Below, in pieces: positions 6,736 to 14,992 of a stretch of 33,470 nt of DNA (its first letter is position 1; every line of letters starts with the position of its first letter). The notes under the pieces are model-generated. The model had not been told where the DNA came from, did not search any database, and worked only from the letters and a program-made list of their open reading frames with translations. The position numbers and the translations under genes are program-made. This DNA is from a virus. Its lineage: Duplodnaviria > Caudoviricetes. The stretch lies in the IMG/VR virus record IMGVR_UViG_3300011412_000014, positions 1 through 33,470 of that record; one strand, written 5' to 3'.

Positions 6736-8583
6736 CCATCCTCCAGGGTGACGCGCCGGCGATGCTCCGCACTCTGCCGGATGAGTGTGTCCACATGGTA
6801 GTCACGAGCCCGCCGTCAAACCCCGGCGCGGTTGAGTTCTTTACAACGCAGCCGGAGTGCGTCACAGCGGGCGATGTATTCGTCGGAGAGACATGTCACT
6901 GGGACCATTCGCACGGTGCCGTATTTGTTCGGGAAGTTCTTCTCACCGATGACTTTGGTCTTGTGTTGAAACCGGGTGGACTGAAGGGCGCGAAGCTCGA
7001 GTGTTTTCTCTGCCGATGCCCGCTTGACGCGCAGGTACGGCAGGACCGCCAGAATGGCTTTCTCGGCCAACAGGTCACTCGCCTGGTAGCAGTAGAGCGG
7101 GCGTCCATTCTTACAGTTGGGTTTCTCCCGGTAGTAGTTGCCACCCATCGTATCAGCGAGAAACCGGATGGCGGCTTCATCGACCATTCGGACTTGAATG
7201 CGGGCGTGGTAGCCTGGGGTAGCGCAGTCTTTTCGCACGGTGCTTTTCTTGATGCCGATGTAAGCCTCTCCATCCAGTAGCCCGGCGAGGTAGGCGATAT
7301 CTGTTTCTTTAATCAATGTATCCCTCCAAGTAGAGTATACATTACTACTGGTGGATTGTCTTGATATCTGAGAGGGGGTGGTCTTGTGGGGTGTGAAATC
7401 CTCATGGGGGACGCAGTACAGATGCTTCGCACGCTGCCGGATGAAAGCGTGCATTGTGTCGTGACTAGTCCCCCTTACTGACTGGGGCCTGCGGGACTAT
7501 GGAGTGTCGGGCCAACTCGGGCTGGAGGCCACGCCCGAGGAGCACATCCTGCGGTTGGTCGAGGTGTTTGCCGAGGTTCACCGGGTCTTGCGCTCGGATG
7601 GCACCCTCTGGCTGAACTACGGGGACTGCTATGCAACCGGGGCAGGTAAGGTCGGTGAACATCCTGGCGGTGGTGAGCAGGGAGAGCGGTGGAAGGGGTA
7701 CCGGGGCACGCGGGACGGCGCGCCCAAACACGCCGCTGGTGCGATGGGGCCGATGACCCAACCGAACCGGATGCCGCAGAAGGGGCTGAAGCCAAAGGAC
7801 CTGTGTATGATGCCGCACCGGGTCGCTCTCGCCCTTCAGGCGTGGGGCTGGTGGGTCCGCTCGGACATCGTGTGGCACAAACCGGCGCCGATGCCCGAAA
7901 GCGTGACCGACCGCCCTACCCGCAGCCACGAGTATGTCTTCCTGCTAACGAAAGCAGAGCGCTACTACTACGATGCCCAGGCTATCGCTGAGCCTTCCGT
8001 AGCGGGTCACGGAATTGGGAATGGCTATAAGAGACCTTCCCTGTTGTCCTACGCCGACAAGAATGGGGCCAGGGGAAATGATACTCCGTGGCAGCCCGGA
8101 GGCACCAGGAACCGCCGAACAGTGTGGACGATACCCACCCGCGCCTATAGCGGCGCTCATTTTGCGGTGATGCCTGTCGCACTGGTGGAGCCGTGCCTTC
8201 TTGCGGGCACCAGCGCCCACGGCGCCTGCCGTGCCTGTGGCGCTCCGTTTACCCGGGTGGTGGAGAAGACAAGTGAGCAGCGGCAATCTGAATGGAATGG
8301 CAATGATCGCAAGAATGGCTGTCTTGCTGGGGGTGGTCACAAAGGACGAACGGGGCAATGGTTCGGTGAGGTAACGACCACCGGGTGGAAACAGGGGTGT
8401 GAATGTTGGCCGTGCGACCCCGCCCCGTGCGTGGTCCTGGATATTTTTTCCGGCAGCGGCACCGTCGGTGAAGTGGCGCTCCAGCACGGGCGGGACGCCA
8501 TCCTGATTGAGCTGAAGCCGGAGTACTGTACTCTCATCCGAAAGCGCCTGTCACGGGTGCAGCCGAAGCTGCTAGGGACTTGA
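6732..8583 (+). CDS. DNA methyltransferase (N4-C/N6-A, beta class), interrupted at the SPPY motif by a 664-bp insert (6817-7480)
   Basis: 5' part MTILQGDA..LPDECVHMVVTSPP plus T(6816) joins AC(7481) to give YWGLRDYG; body has DIVWHKP, HFAVMP and VLDIFSGSGT motifs. Confidence 0.85.
6816..7316 (-). CDS. LAGLIDADG homing endonuclease, antisense within the methyltransferase
   Basis: IAYLAGLLDGEAYIGI motif; LPYLRVKR; TTG start after GGAGG; AAGACA-N17-TATACT promoter upstream. Confidence 0.85.
   Translation of the reverse strand: MIKETDIAYLAGLLDGEAYIGIKKSTVRKDCATPGYHARIQVRMVDEAAIRFLADTMGGNYYREKPNCKNGRPLYCYQASDLLAEKAILAVLPYLRVKRASAEKTLELRALQSTRFQHKTKVIGEKNFPNKYGTVRMVPVTCLSDEYIARCDALRLRCKELNRAGV
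7386..7481 (+). other. recoded duplicate of the methyltransferase 5' end carried by the insert
   Basis: GTG-started MGCEILMGDAVQMLRTLPDESVHCVVTSPPY* with its own RBS-like GAGGGGGT. Confidence 0.85.
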
Positions 8584-8594
8584 GGGAGGGCGAG

Positions 8595-8969
8595 ATGGTC
8601 GAGACGATGCAAAACGAGGTGGCGGGGGTGCGGATGTGGGTGGAGAACCGCCTGCCCATCCCTCCCTGCTGCCCCGTCTCGACCAATCCCCGTCCCGGTA
8701 GCACGCTCACCTTGCGCTACCGGGCTCCCAACCGGGTGCTGGAGGTCTACTCGCTCAAGCGATATGTCGATGAGTTCATCGGCGGTCACGCGGACGGCAC
8801 CAGGAATATGGAGGCGATGATCCGGAAGATCGCCCAGACGGCAGCCGATGCGCTCGGCGTCCCGGTGCGGGCGGTTGCCGACCTATACCTGCTGCCCGCC
8901 CAGGAACTGCGGCTGGTCTGCTCTGCGAGGCCAGGGAGGCCAAATGAACCCGAGAAAAAACACGATTGA
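8595..8969 (+). CDS. QueF-like T-fold protein (7-deazaguanine pathway)
   Basis: CCPVSTNP and VLEVYSLKRYVDEF motifs; ~125 aa; near a DpdA-like gene. Confidence 0.7.
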   Translation: MVETMQNEVAGVRMWVENRLPIPPCCPVSTNPRPGSTLTLRYRAPNRVLEVYSLKRYVDEFIGGHADGTRNMEAMIRKIAQTAADALGVPVRAVADLYLLPAQELRLVCSARPGRPNEPEKKHD

Positions 8970-9540
8970 CGATGTTCTGAAACGGCTGGTGATTTGCGAG
9001 CCGTCTACGATGCCTACGGGTTGTTGGGAATGGCCGGGGGCCAGGGCGAACGGATATGGGCGGGTCGGATTTGGCGGAAAGTGCGCTGTTGTGCATCGAC
9101 TGGTCTACGTGCATTTTGTCGGCCCGGTGCCGGACGGATTGGAGCTCGACCATCTCTGTCGTAATCGGTGCTGCGCTAACTTTGAGCATTTGGAGGCTGT
9201 TACCGGCAGAATGAACAAGCTTCGCGGTGTAAGCCCCTCCGCCCAGTGTGCCAGGAAGACTCATTGCAGTCGTGGACACGAGTTCAGTCCCGAGAATACT
9301 CGGGTGACGCCGCTTGGGAAGCGGTCTTGCCGGAAGTGCCATGTCATCCACAACACGGCGAACAGAAAGCGCAAGTGGAAACCGCCGCCTCCCCGGCAGC
9401 CCAAGACACACTGCCCGCATGGGCACGAACTGTCTGGAGATAATCTCATCAACGACGTGGTTGGTGGGCATCCGGCGCGGCGGTGCCGGACGTGCCGAAG
9501 GGAACAAGCTCGTCGTTCCGAAGCCAGGAGGCAATCGTGA
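8944..9540 (+). CDS. HNH homing endonuclease with C-terminal zinc-binding repeats
   Basis: GCWEWPG..GYG..HRLVY..LDHLCRNRCCANFEHLEAVT; two KTHC..GH..N..R.C..C repeats. Confidence 0.85.
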   Translation: MNPRKNTIDDVLKRLVICEPSTMPTGCWEWPGARANGYGRVGFGGKCAVVHRLVYVHFVGPVPDGLELDHLCRNRCCANFEHLEAVTGRMNKLRGVSPSAQCARKTHCSRGHEFSPENTRVTPLGKRSCRKCHVIHNTANRKRKWKPPPPRQPKTHCPHGHELSGDNLINDVVGGHPARRCRTCRREQARRSEARRQS

Positions 9541-10303
9541 CCTTTTTTTTGGCACCCACCAGGCGGACTGGCTGGCAAAAGTGACTGTCCCGCTGTTCGT
9601 CTCCCGGCGCCGGCTGATGGACCGGAAGACGCTGCCCAGAGCCACCTGTGACTGGTCGCTTGACAGTGGTGGCTTCTCCGAGCTCTCGCTTCACGGCGGC
9701 TGGAGCATCACCCCGAAGGAGTACGTGGCCGAGGTCAGGCGCTACCGGGAGGAGATTGGTCGATTGCTCTGGATGCCCACCATGGACTGGATGTGCGAGC
9801 CGCACATGACCGAAAGGACAGGGCTCTGTGTGGAAAGCCACCAGCGCCGCACGACCGAGAGCTACCTCACCCTGCGGGAGATGGCTCCCGACCTGCCGTG
9901 GGTGCCTGTCCTGCAGGGGTGGGAAGCGGACGACTACCTCCGCCACCGGCAGCAGTATGCGGATGTGGGCGTGGACCTGGAAGCTCTTCCGCTCGTGGGT
10001 CTGGGCAGCGTCTGCCGCAGGCAGCACACACTGGAAGCAGAAAGGATTGTCAGAAGCCTGAAGGGCCTGAAGCTCCACGGGTTCGGCGTGAAGCTGACCG
10101 GACTGGAGCGGTTCTCGGACGCATTGACCAGCGCGGACTCTCTGGCCTGGAGTATCCACGCTAGGAACCGCAAGCCGATGCTGCCCGGCTGCACGCACCG
10201 GAGCTGCTCCAGTTGCCGCCTCTGGGCACTGAAATGGCGCGAGAGTGTGGTAGCCAGGGTTCGGACGGCAGACAAGACGCCAAGACAGTTGGCGCTCTGG
10301 TGA
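9537..10303 (+). CDS. DpdA/TGT-like deazaguanine DNA modification protein; start out of frame at a T8 tract
   Basis: LDSGGFSEL, DWMCEP, PVLQGW, VGLGSVCRRQ, LHGFGVK and SADSLAWS motifs; AGGAGG+GTG at 9537 needs one more T to join the ORF. Confidence 0.75.
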
Positions 10304-10316
10304 CAGGGAGACTTGA

Positions 10317-10679
10317 ATGACCACCAAAGAGGTTCTAATCGAAGCAAGGGAGTGGCTGGACGCGAACGGCTGGTGCCAGGACGCCAACGCCAGGACGGCG
10401 GACCGGATGCCGTGCATGCCGACCAGCGAGGCGGTGGCTTTCTGCTGCGCCGTGGGCGTGCTGACCCACCTGCTCGCAAAGCGCGGCTCTCACACCTGGA
10501 CGATGAAAGACGCCCGCCCGCTGAAGCAACTGGCCTGCGCGCTCCGAGCGGGAGGTCAGACGGATACGGAAGGGTTTGGCGATATGGACCAGGTGCAGCG
10601 GTGGAACGACGCCCCCCACCGCAAGAAAGCCGAGGTGCTGGACCTGTTCGACCGGGCGATTGCCCTCTGCTTCCAATGA
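10317..10679 (+). CDS. hypothetical phage protein (GWCQ..FC..G..WND..R..EVL..FDRAI family)
   Basis: GGGAG RBS; recognisable conserved pattern. Confidence 0.7.
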   Translation: MTTKEVLIEAREWLDANGWCQDANARTADRMPCMPTSEAVAFCCAVGVLTHLLAKRGSHTWTMKDARPLKQLACALRAGGQTDTEGFGDMDQVQRWNDAPHRKKAEVLDLFDRAIALCFQ

Positions 10680-10984
10680 TGGAGCTCACCGAGAACTTAC
10701 TCCGGGAGACGCTCGCTTTTCTTGCTGCCTACGGGAAGTCTCCGGCTGATGTCCGCTGGGTAGGGCGAGAGGACGAGGAAGGAAGCTGGGAAGCCTTCGC
10801 CGCGCTCGCCGACCGGGAATACGATCCCGGCTTCGGCGGCGCCGAGGTCCTCCAGGACCTCGTGGTGGTCGGAGATGACTGGTGGCTGGAGCGGGAAGAA
10901 TATGACGGCAGCGAGTGGTGGGAGTTCAAACGAAAGCCCACGAAGCCGGGGGGAGGTCCGCTTACGGACCTGTTCTGCAAATAA
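10676..10984 (+). CDS. conserved phage hypothetical protein
   Basis: YDPGFGGAEV..DLVVVGDDWWLEREEYDGSEWWEF; ATGA overlap with upstream gene. Confidence 0.75.
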   Translation: MMELTENLLRETLAFLAAYGKSPADVRWVGREDEEGSWEAFAALADREYDPGFGGAEVLQDLVVVGDDWWLEREEYDGSEWWEFKRKPTKPGGGPLTDLFCK

Positions 10985-11151
10985 TGAGCGAGAAATGGAT
11001 CGCGATCCACCACATGATAGTGGGCCTCCTGTTCATCTTGCTCCAGTATCTGCCGCCGGTAAAAGGGACTGATTGTGTCTATGCCTGGATTGGCTGGGTC
11101 TTCGTGGTGATCGGCATCCTGCTTTACGCGCTGGACAGGGAGAGAGAATGA
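10984..11151 (+). CDS. small membrane protein (2 TM)
   Basis: TAATG coupling; two hydrophobic stretches. Confidence 0.6.
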   Translation: MSEKWIAIHHMIVGLLFILLQYLPPVKGTDCVYAWIGWVFVVIGILLYALDRERE

Positions 11152-11321
11152 CAATCACGATTACCAGCCACGCCAACGGCTGGACCGTCACCAGCATTGG
11201 GGAAAATGGCTGGGAGAGGAAGCGTCTGGTCTACGAGATGGAGAGTATCTCCGACTTGAAGCACGATCTGCTTGATGCGATCGATGAAATGGCGAAAGAG
11301 ATCAGCAAAGGGAACGGATGA
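11148..11321 (+). CDS. hypothetical protein
   Basis: ATGA coupling; GGGAG RBS. Confidence 0.6.
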   Translation: MTITITSHANGWTVTSIGENGWERKRLVYEMESISDLKHDLLDAIDEMAKEISKGNG

Positions 11322-11524
11322 CCGCCTGCCCGCACAACTACTACCGCGAGGTGGAAAGCTGCGCCATCTGCGAAGCTGAAGAAGAACGCGACGAGGCCAG
11401 GAAGGCAGCCCGGGCGATTTTGAGGGACCTGGATTATGCCATCTGGCCTGGCAGATCGAACTGGATGGAGAAATACCCCTGGCTGATTGAAAAGGAAACA
11501 GGAGACGAAGAATGTGCGGATTGA
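11318..11524 (+). CDS. hypothetical protein
   Basis: ATGA coupling; CPH..CAIC followed by a coiled coil. Confidence 0.6.
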   Translation: MTACPHNYYREVESCAICEAEEERDEARKAARAILRDLDYAIWPGRSNWMEKYPWLIEKETGDEECAD

Positions 11525-11784
11525 AGATTAGCCTCTTGCCGATCTGTCGGCAGATGGCGGACCTGGAGTTCAAGATGGAACAGGCGCTCGCCCAGATGAG
11601 CGACACCTCCATCCGTTACGAGCGCTCCCTGATCGTGGCTCGCCAGGACCAGCGCTCCCTGGCGATCATGGACAGCTTTGACCGGGTGAGGAACTGCCTG
11701 CCGCAGTCCGAGGCGCAGACCAACGACTATGACCTGGCCCAGCTAGGAGCGGGTACCCCCCGAAGGGAGGGTGGAGATGAGTGA
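11512..11784 (+). CDS. hypothetical protein
   Basis: AGGAG RBS; operon packing. Confidence 0.5.
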   Translation: MCGLKISLLPICRQMADLEFKMEQALAQMSDTSIRYERSLIVARQDQRSLAIMDSFDRVRNCLPQSEAQTNDYDLAQLGAGTPRREGGDE

Positions 11785-11974
11785 GGACCGCCTGACCGAG
11801 CTGGAGCGCCGGATGGCTGACCTGGAAGAGAATGCTAACCCGATGGCCGTCTGCCGCCACTGCGGCCGGCTCGCGGTCAAGAAGGGCCTGATGGGCGGCA
11901 AGTGCCGGCACTGCGGAAAACGGGCGGGAGAGACCAGCAAAAAGGAGAGGGATACGAATGCCGAAGGGCGATAA
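11777..11974 (+). CDS. small zinc-ribbon protein
   Basis: two CRHCG motifs; GGAGG RBS. Confidence 0.6.
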   Translation: MSEDRLTELERRMADLEENANPMAVCRHCGRLAVKKGLMGGKCRHCGKRAGETSKKERDTNAEGR

Positions 11975-12272
11975 GCAAGCGACGGAGTTGGAACAGGCAG
12001 TAGCGGCGCTGAAGGAACTGGACCAGTGGAACGCGGACGACCTGAAGCTCAATCCGGGCCTTGTCTCCACCCGCGTGAAAGGGTTCGTCATCCAGGTGCT
12101 GCACAATCCGGGCGGCGCGATTACGCTGCACGTCCACGAGAATAGGGACCTCCTGCGCTGGTACCGCCGCGCGAAGGCGCTGGTGAAGCTGGTCCCCGGC
12201 AAGCCGATGGTGGATGCGATGGATGAGACGAGGCGCTCCCCCGAGGCCCTCTCCCGAAAAGAGGTGGCATAG
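11958..12272 (+). CDS. hypothetical protein
   Basis: GAGG RBS; last gene of the operon. Confidence 0.65.
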   Translation: MPKGDKQATELEQAVAALKELDQWNADDLKLNPGLVSTRVKGFVIQVLHNPGGAITLHVHENRDLLRWYRRAKALVKLVPGKPMVDAMDETRRSPEALSRKEVA

Positions 12273-12327
12273 TACTGTACCGCGCATGCGCCCGCGCCCG
12301 CGCGAGGGCTGCCTGCGCCGCGAGTTG

Positions 12328-12336
12328 TGGTATAAT
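12328..12336 (+). promoter_or_regulatory. extended -10 promoter for the ncRNA unit
   Basis: TGG-TATAAT in an intergenic region. Confidence 0.65.
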
Positions 12337-12468
12337 GTATCCACGCTAGAATAATTTCGGGTGGCGATATGCACTAGAGAGGTAATGTCGTTACCCACAG
12401 AGGTGGATACTGGTCGCCACATCCAAGCTAGGTCGCACCCAGCACACCAGTGCGGTAGAAGCAGTAGA

Positions 12469-12541
12469 TCGGCGGTGGCCTAATGGCAAGGCGAAGGAGC
12501 GACGGCTCCCAGGATTGCGCGTTCGAGTCGCGTCCGCCGAT
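12469..12541 (+). ncRNA. tRNA-like RNA with no canonical anticodon loop
   Basis: 7-bp acceptor TCGGCGG/CCGCCGA; D arm GCCT-AATGGCA-AGGC; T arm GCGCG-TTCGAGT-CGCGT; middle arm GGAGC-GACG-GCTCC has a 4-nt loop; no encoded CCA. Confidence 0.75.
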
Positions 12542-12583
12542 TGTCCGGGTCCGGTCCTTTAAGCTCCCATGGTTTCCATAGCC

Positions 12584-12617
12584 ACAGCGAGGCGCCCCAA
12601 GCACCTCGCTGTTTTTT
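12584..12617 (+). terminator. Rho-independent terminator
   Basis: ACAGCGAGG..CCTCGCTG followed by T6. Confidence 0.75.
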
Positions 12618-12681
12618 CGCCTCCCTCCGCTAGTTGCGTTACATCCCTCTGTGGTGCTACACTGCATCAGGAGGAACTCCA

Positions 12682-12957
12682 GTGGCAGCAGACGGCAAGA
12701 TGTCGAAGGAAGAGGTAAACAGGCTAGGCGGAAACGCGCGCGTGGCCCGGATGAGTGAGGACGAACTGCGCGCCATGGCCCGGAAAGGCGGCACCGCCAC
12801 GTTTGCCCGCTACGGGAAAGACCACTACCGGGAGCTTGGCCGAAAGGGCGGTAACGAGACGAAGCGCCGGGGCAGGGTCAGTTATCAGTCGATCGGCAGG
12901 CTGGGCGGGAGGGCGCTTACCGCCCTTGCGCCGAAACGAGATGAGGGCGTGCTCTGA
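12682..12957 (+). CDS. KGG-repeat (general stress protein-like) small protein
   Basis: RKGG repeats (MARKGG, ELGRKGG, IGRLGG); AGGAGG before GTG. Confidence 0.75.
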   Translation: MAADGKMSKEEVNRLGGNARVARMSEDELRAMARKGGTATFARYGKDHYRELGRKGGNETKRRGRVSYQSIGRLGGRALTALAPKRDEGVL

Positions 12958-13373
12958 TGGCAAGGACTGGACGAGAGGGTGAAGACCAGGAGGATTACGA
13001 CATCGAGCGGTCGCTTCGCCTCCTGTACCGGACGCTGACCGGCAAGAAGATGGCCGCGGAAGTCGATCCGCACGAGGAGATATCTCGCCTGCAGTTCAGT
13101 GAGACGAACGTCAGGCGCCTGGGCTTCTACTCACTGGCCGTGCTGAACGACGGCGCCCACCGGGGCGTGGTGCGCTGCGCCGAGGATATCGTCAAGCTCG
13201 CGTTCAGCCAGGCGGATAAAAGTTTCGAGGACCGGGTGGCGAGCACGAGCCTGGACCAGACGAAGGACCTCTTGTTCCAATCCTACGTTGCCACAGGACT
13301 TACAGCCAGGGAAGCCCGTGCGAAGGTCATGGACGATTTGAAATCAGGACTGCTTGGAGACGGCGCGAACTAG
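12957..13373 (+). CDS. hypothetical protein, terminase small subunit candidate
   Basis: position immediately upstream of the large terminase; helical-looking. Confidence 0.5.
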   Translation: MARTGREGEDQEDYDIERSLRLLYRTLTGKKMAAEVDPHEEISRLQFSETNVRRLGFYSLAVLNDGAHRGVVRCAEDIVKLAFSQADKSFEDRVASTSLDQTKDLLFQSYVATGLTAREARAKVMDDLKSGLLGDGAN

Positions 13374-13388
13374 CAGGCGAGCTAACTT

Positions 13389-14246
13389 ATGGCCTTCAAG
13401 TCGTCGCCTAGACCCACTCCAAGTACTCAGCAATCTCCCGCGCTCAGGCGCTTAATTGGCGACCCCGTGGTCCCCACGCCGGAGGTGCCGGAGAGCCCCT
13501 ACGACCGGATCGCCATCCTCCGGACGCGCTTGCGCCAGATTGTGAACCCCGACCGGCCCAGAGCGCAAACGGATTTCCGCTACTTCCTCCGCCATTGCTA
13601 TACGAAGGATGAAAGTAGGGCCGGCAAGGTTGCCCCGTTCCCCGACTGGCCGTTCCTGGACGAACTGTGCGATCACCTGATAACGGAGCGCCTCCTGTTC
13701 ATCGAGAAGGCCCGCCGCGTGATGGCCTCCTGGACCGTGTGCGCGTTCGATCTCTGGCTGATCGCGGGCGGGCAGGACCCCCGGTGGACACACCAGGAAA
13801 TTGATCTGTCCACGGGACAGTCGAGGGTGGTCCAAACCCTGATGTCCAGCACTGAGAACAGGCAGGTTGTCATTGTGGCCCGCAAAATGGAGGACCTGAG
13901 CGGATCAGCGTGGTATCTGTCGCAAAGAGTACAATTTATCTACGAAGAGTTTGAGCGTCGCGGGTTCAGAGAGCAGTTCTGGCCGGACTTTCCCAGGATT
14001 GATTTCTCGTTTGCCAGGGCAAGAGCCACCAATGGAGGGCAAATCGACTGCGTCCCACAGGGGAAAGATAGCAGCAGAGGGCCTGGAGCGACGGTTGTGC
14101 ACTTCGAGGAGGTCGCCTTTGCAAACCAGGTAAAGGAGACGATGGAGGGAACCTTACCTGTTTTACAAGGAGGCGGCCACTGCATAGCGATCACGACAGC
14201 CTCGGCCTCCTCGACCTGGTGTGTCAATTTGGTCAAAGGGCCTTAG
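13389..14246 (+). CDS. terL: terminase large subunit, N-terminal ATPase part
   Basis: IEKARRVMASW (Walker A-like), RG..ATVVHFEEVAF (Walker B), ITTAS (motif III). Confidence 0.8.
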   Translation: MAFKSSPRPTPSTQQSPALRRLIGDPVVPTPEVPESPYDRIAILRTRLRQIVNPDRPRAQTDFRYFLRHCYTKDESRAGKVAPFPDWPFLDELCDHLITERLLFIEKARRVMASWTVCAFDLWLIAGGQDPRWTHQEIDLSTGQSRVVQTLMSSTENRQVVIVARKMEDLSGSAWYLSQRVQFIYEEFERRGFREQFWPDFPRIDFSFARARATNGGQIDCVPQGKDSSRGPGATVVHFEEVAFANQVKETMEGTLPVLQGGGHCIAITTASASSTWCVNLVKGP

Positions 14247-14907
14247 TCTTTTCTCGGGGTCGCTTGAACCATTTCCCTCTGGGGACTGGCGGGGTAGTGA
14301 GCGCGTCTTCCAGGCTCCAACCTCTGGATAGTCGCCGCATTATCCCCGTGGGGTTGATGCCGATTTCGGCTCCCCACTGACTGAGATTTTGGGTTCGCCC
14401 ATTCAGGGTAAACTTGCGGTTGTAGTCAGGTCGGTTGTTGCTTTGCTCCAGCGGGGTGGCCCAGCGGCAGTTCTCCGGGCAATAGTGGGATTTGCCTCCG
14501 GCTATTCGGTCTATGCTGTGGCTTGGAGACGGGCAGGCTCCCATATCGTGAAGGAAGACCTCGAAGTTATCCCACTCGGGGCAGACACGGACGCCCGCAC
14601 CGCCATAGCTGACGAAGTCGGAGTTGTTCGGGTTGTTACATCGGTTTCGCATGTCTGTCCAGCGACGATATTCCGGGGTTTCGGTCTTTCCGTGGATTGC
14701 GTTGGCATGCCGACTGCATGTGGCGCACGATTGAGATACACCGCTCAATATTCGATGAAGCTCAACGATGTCAATTGAACCGCACGTGCAGGCCACTATG
14801 ACAAATCTTCGTCTCTTTCCGGAAGGGGGAGGTGCTGCAGCGAGGACGGTGCGCTTGCCAAAGGTTTGGCCTACAGGAATTTCGGGGAGTTTTGCCGAAC
14901 TTGCCAT
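14233..14907 (-). CDS. HNH-like homing endonuclease, antisense between the terminase halves
   Basis: CTCG, YRRWTDMRNRCNNPN..YGG.GVRVCPEW..F..DMG..SIDRI..YCPENCRWAT; AAGGAGG RBS. Confidence 0.85.
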   Translation of the reverse strand: MASSAKLPEIPVGQTFGKRTVLAAAPPPSGKRRRFVIVACTCGSIDIVELHRILSGVSQSCATCSRHANAIHGKTETPEYRRWTDMRNRCNNPNNSDFVSYGGAGVRVCPEWDNFEVFLHDMGACPSPSHSIDRIAGGKSHYCPENCRWATPLEQSNNRPDYNRKFTLNGRTQNLSQWGAEIGINPTGIMRRLSRGWSLEDALTTPPVPRGKWFKRPREKTKAL

Positions 14908-14992
14908 TGTTCTCGCGCCTCCTTTGCGCGTGGGCCAAGGTCCGGGCGGCTGTCACCGCGCCGGGCCAATTCTATAAGTAGATTGCTCCAAA

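Noticed and set aside
6720-7280. 186-aa + strand ORF as a complete gene
   Set aside because: Only the first ~28 codons from 6732 are methyltransferase-like; the rest is read-through on the antisense strand of the LAGLIDADG gene.
6817-7480. Group I intron in the methyltransferase (exon ends in U, insert ends in G)
   Set aside because: The insert is almost filled by an antisense ORF, its promoter and the duplicated 5' end, and I could not find P3/P4/P7 core elements. Kept only as an alternative hypothesis.
9314-9536. N-terminal extension of the DpdA-like ORF
   Set aside because: Overlaps the HNH gene in another frame and has no RBS; the plausible start is GTG 9537.
12469-12541. Functional decoding tRNA or attP-associated tRNA
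   Set aside because: No 7-nt anticodon loop can be drawn, no CCA is encoded, and no integrase is in the window.
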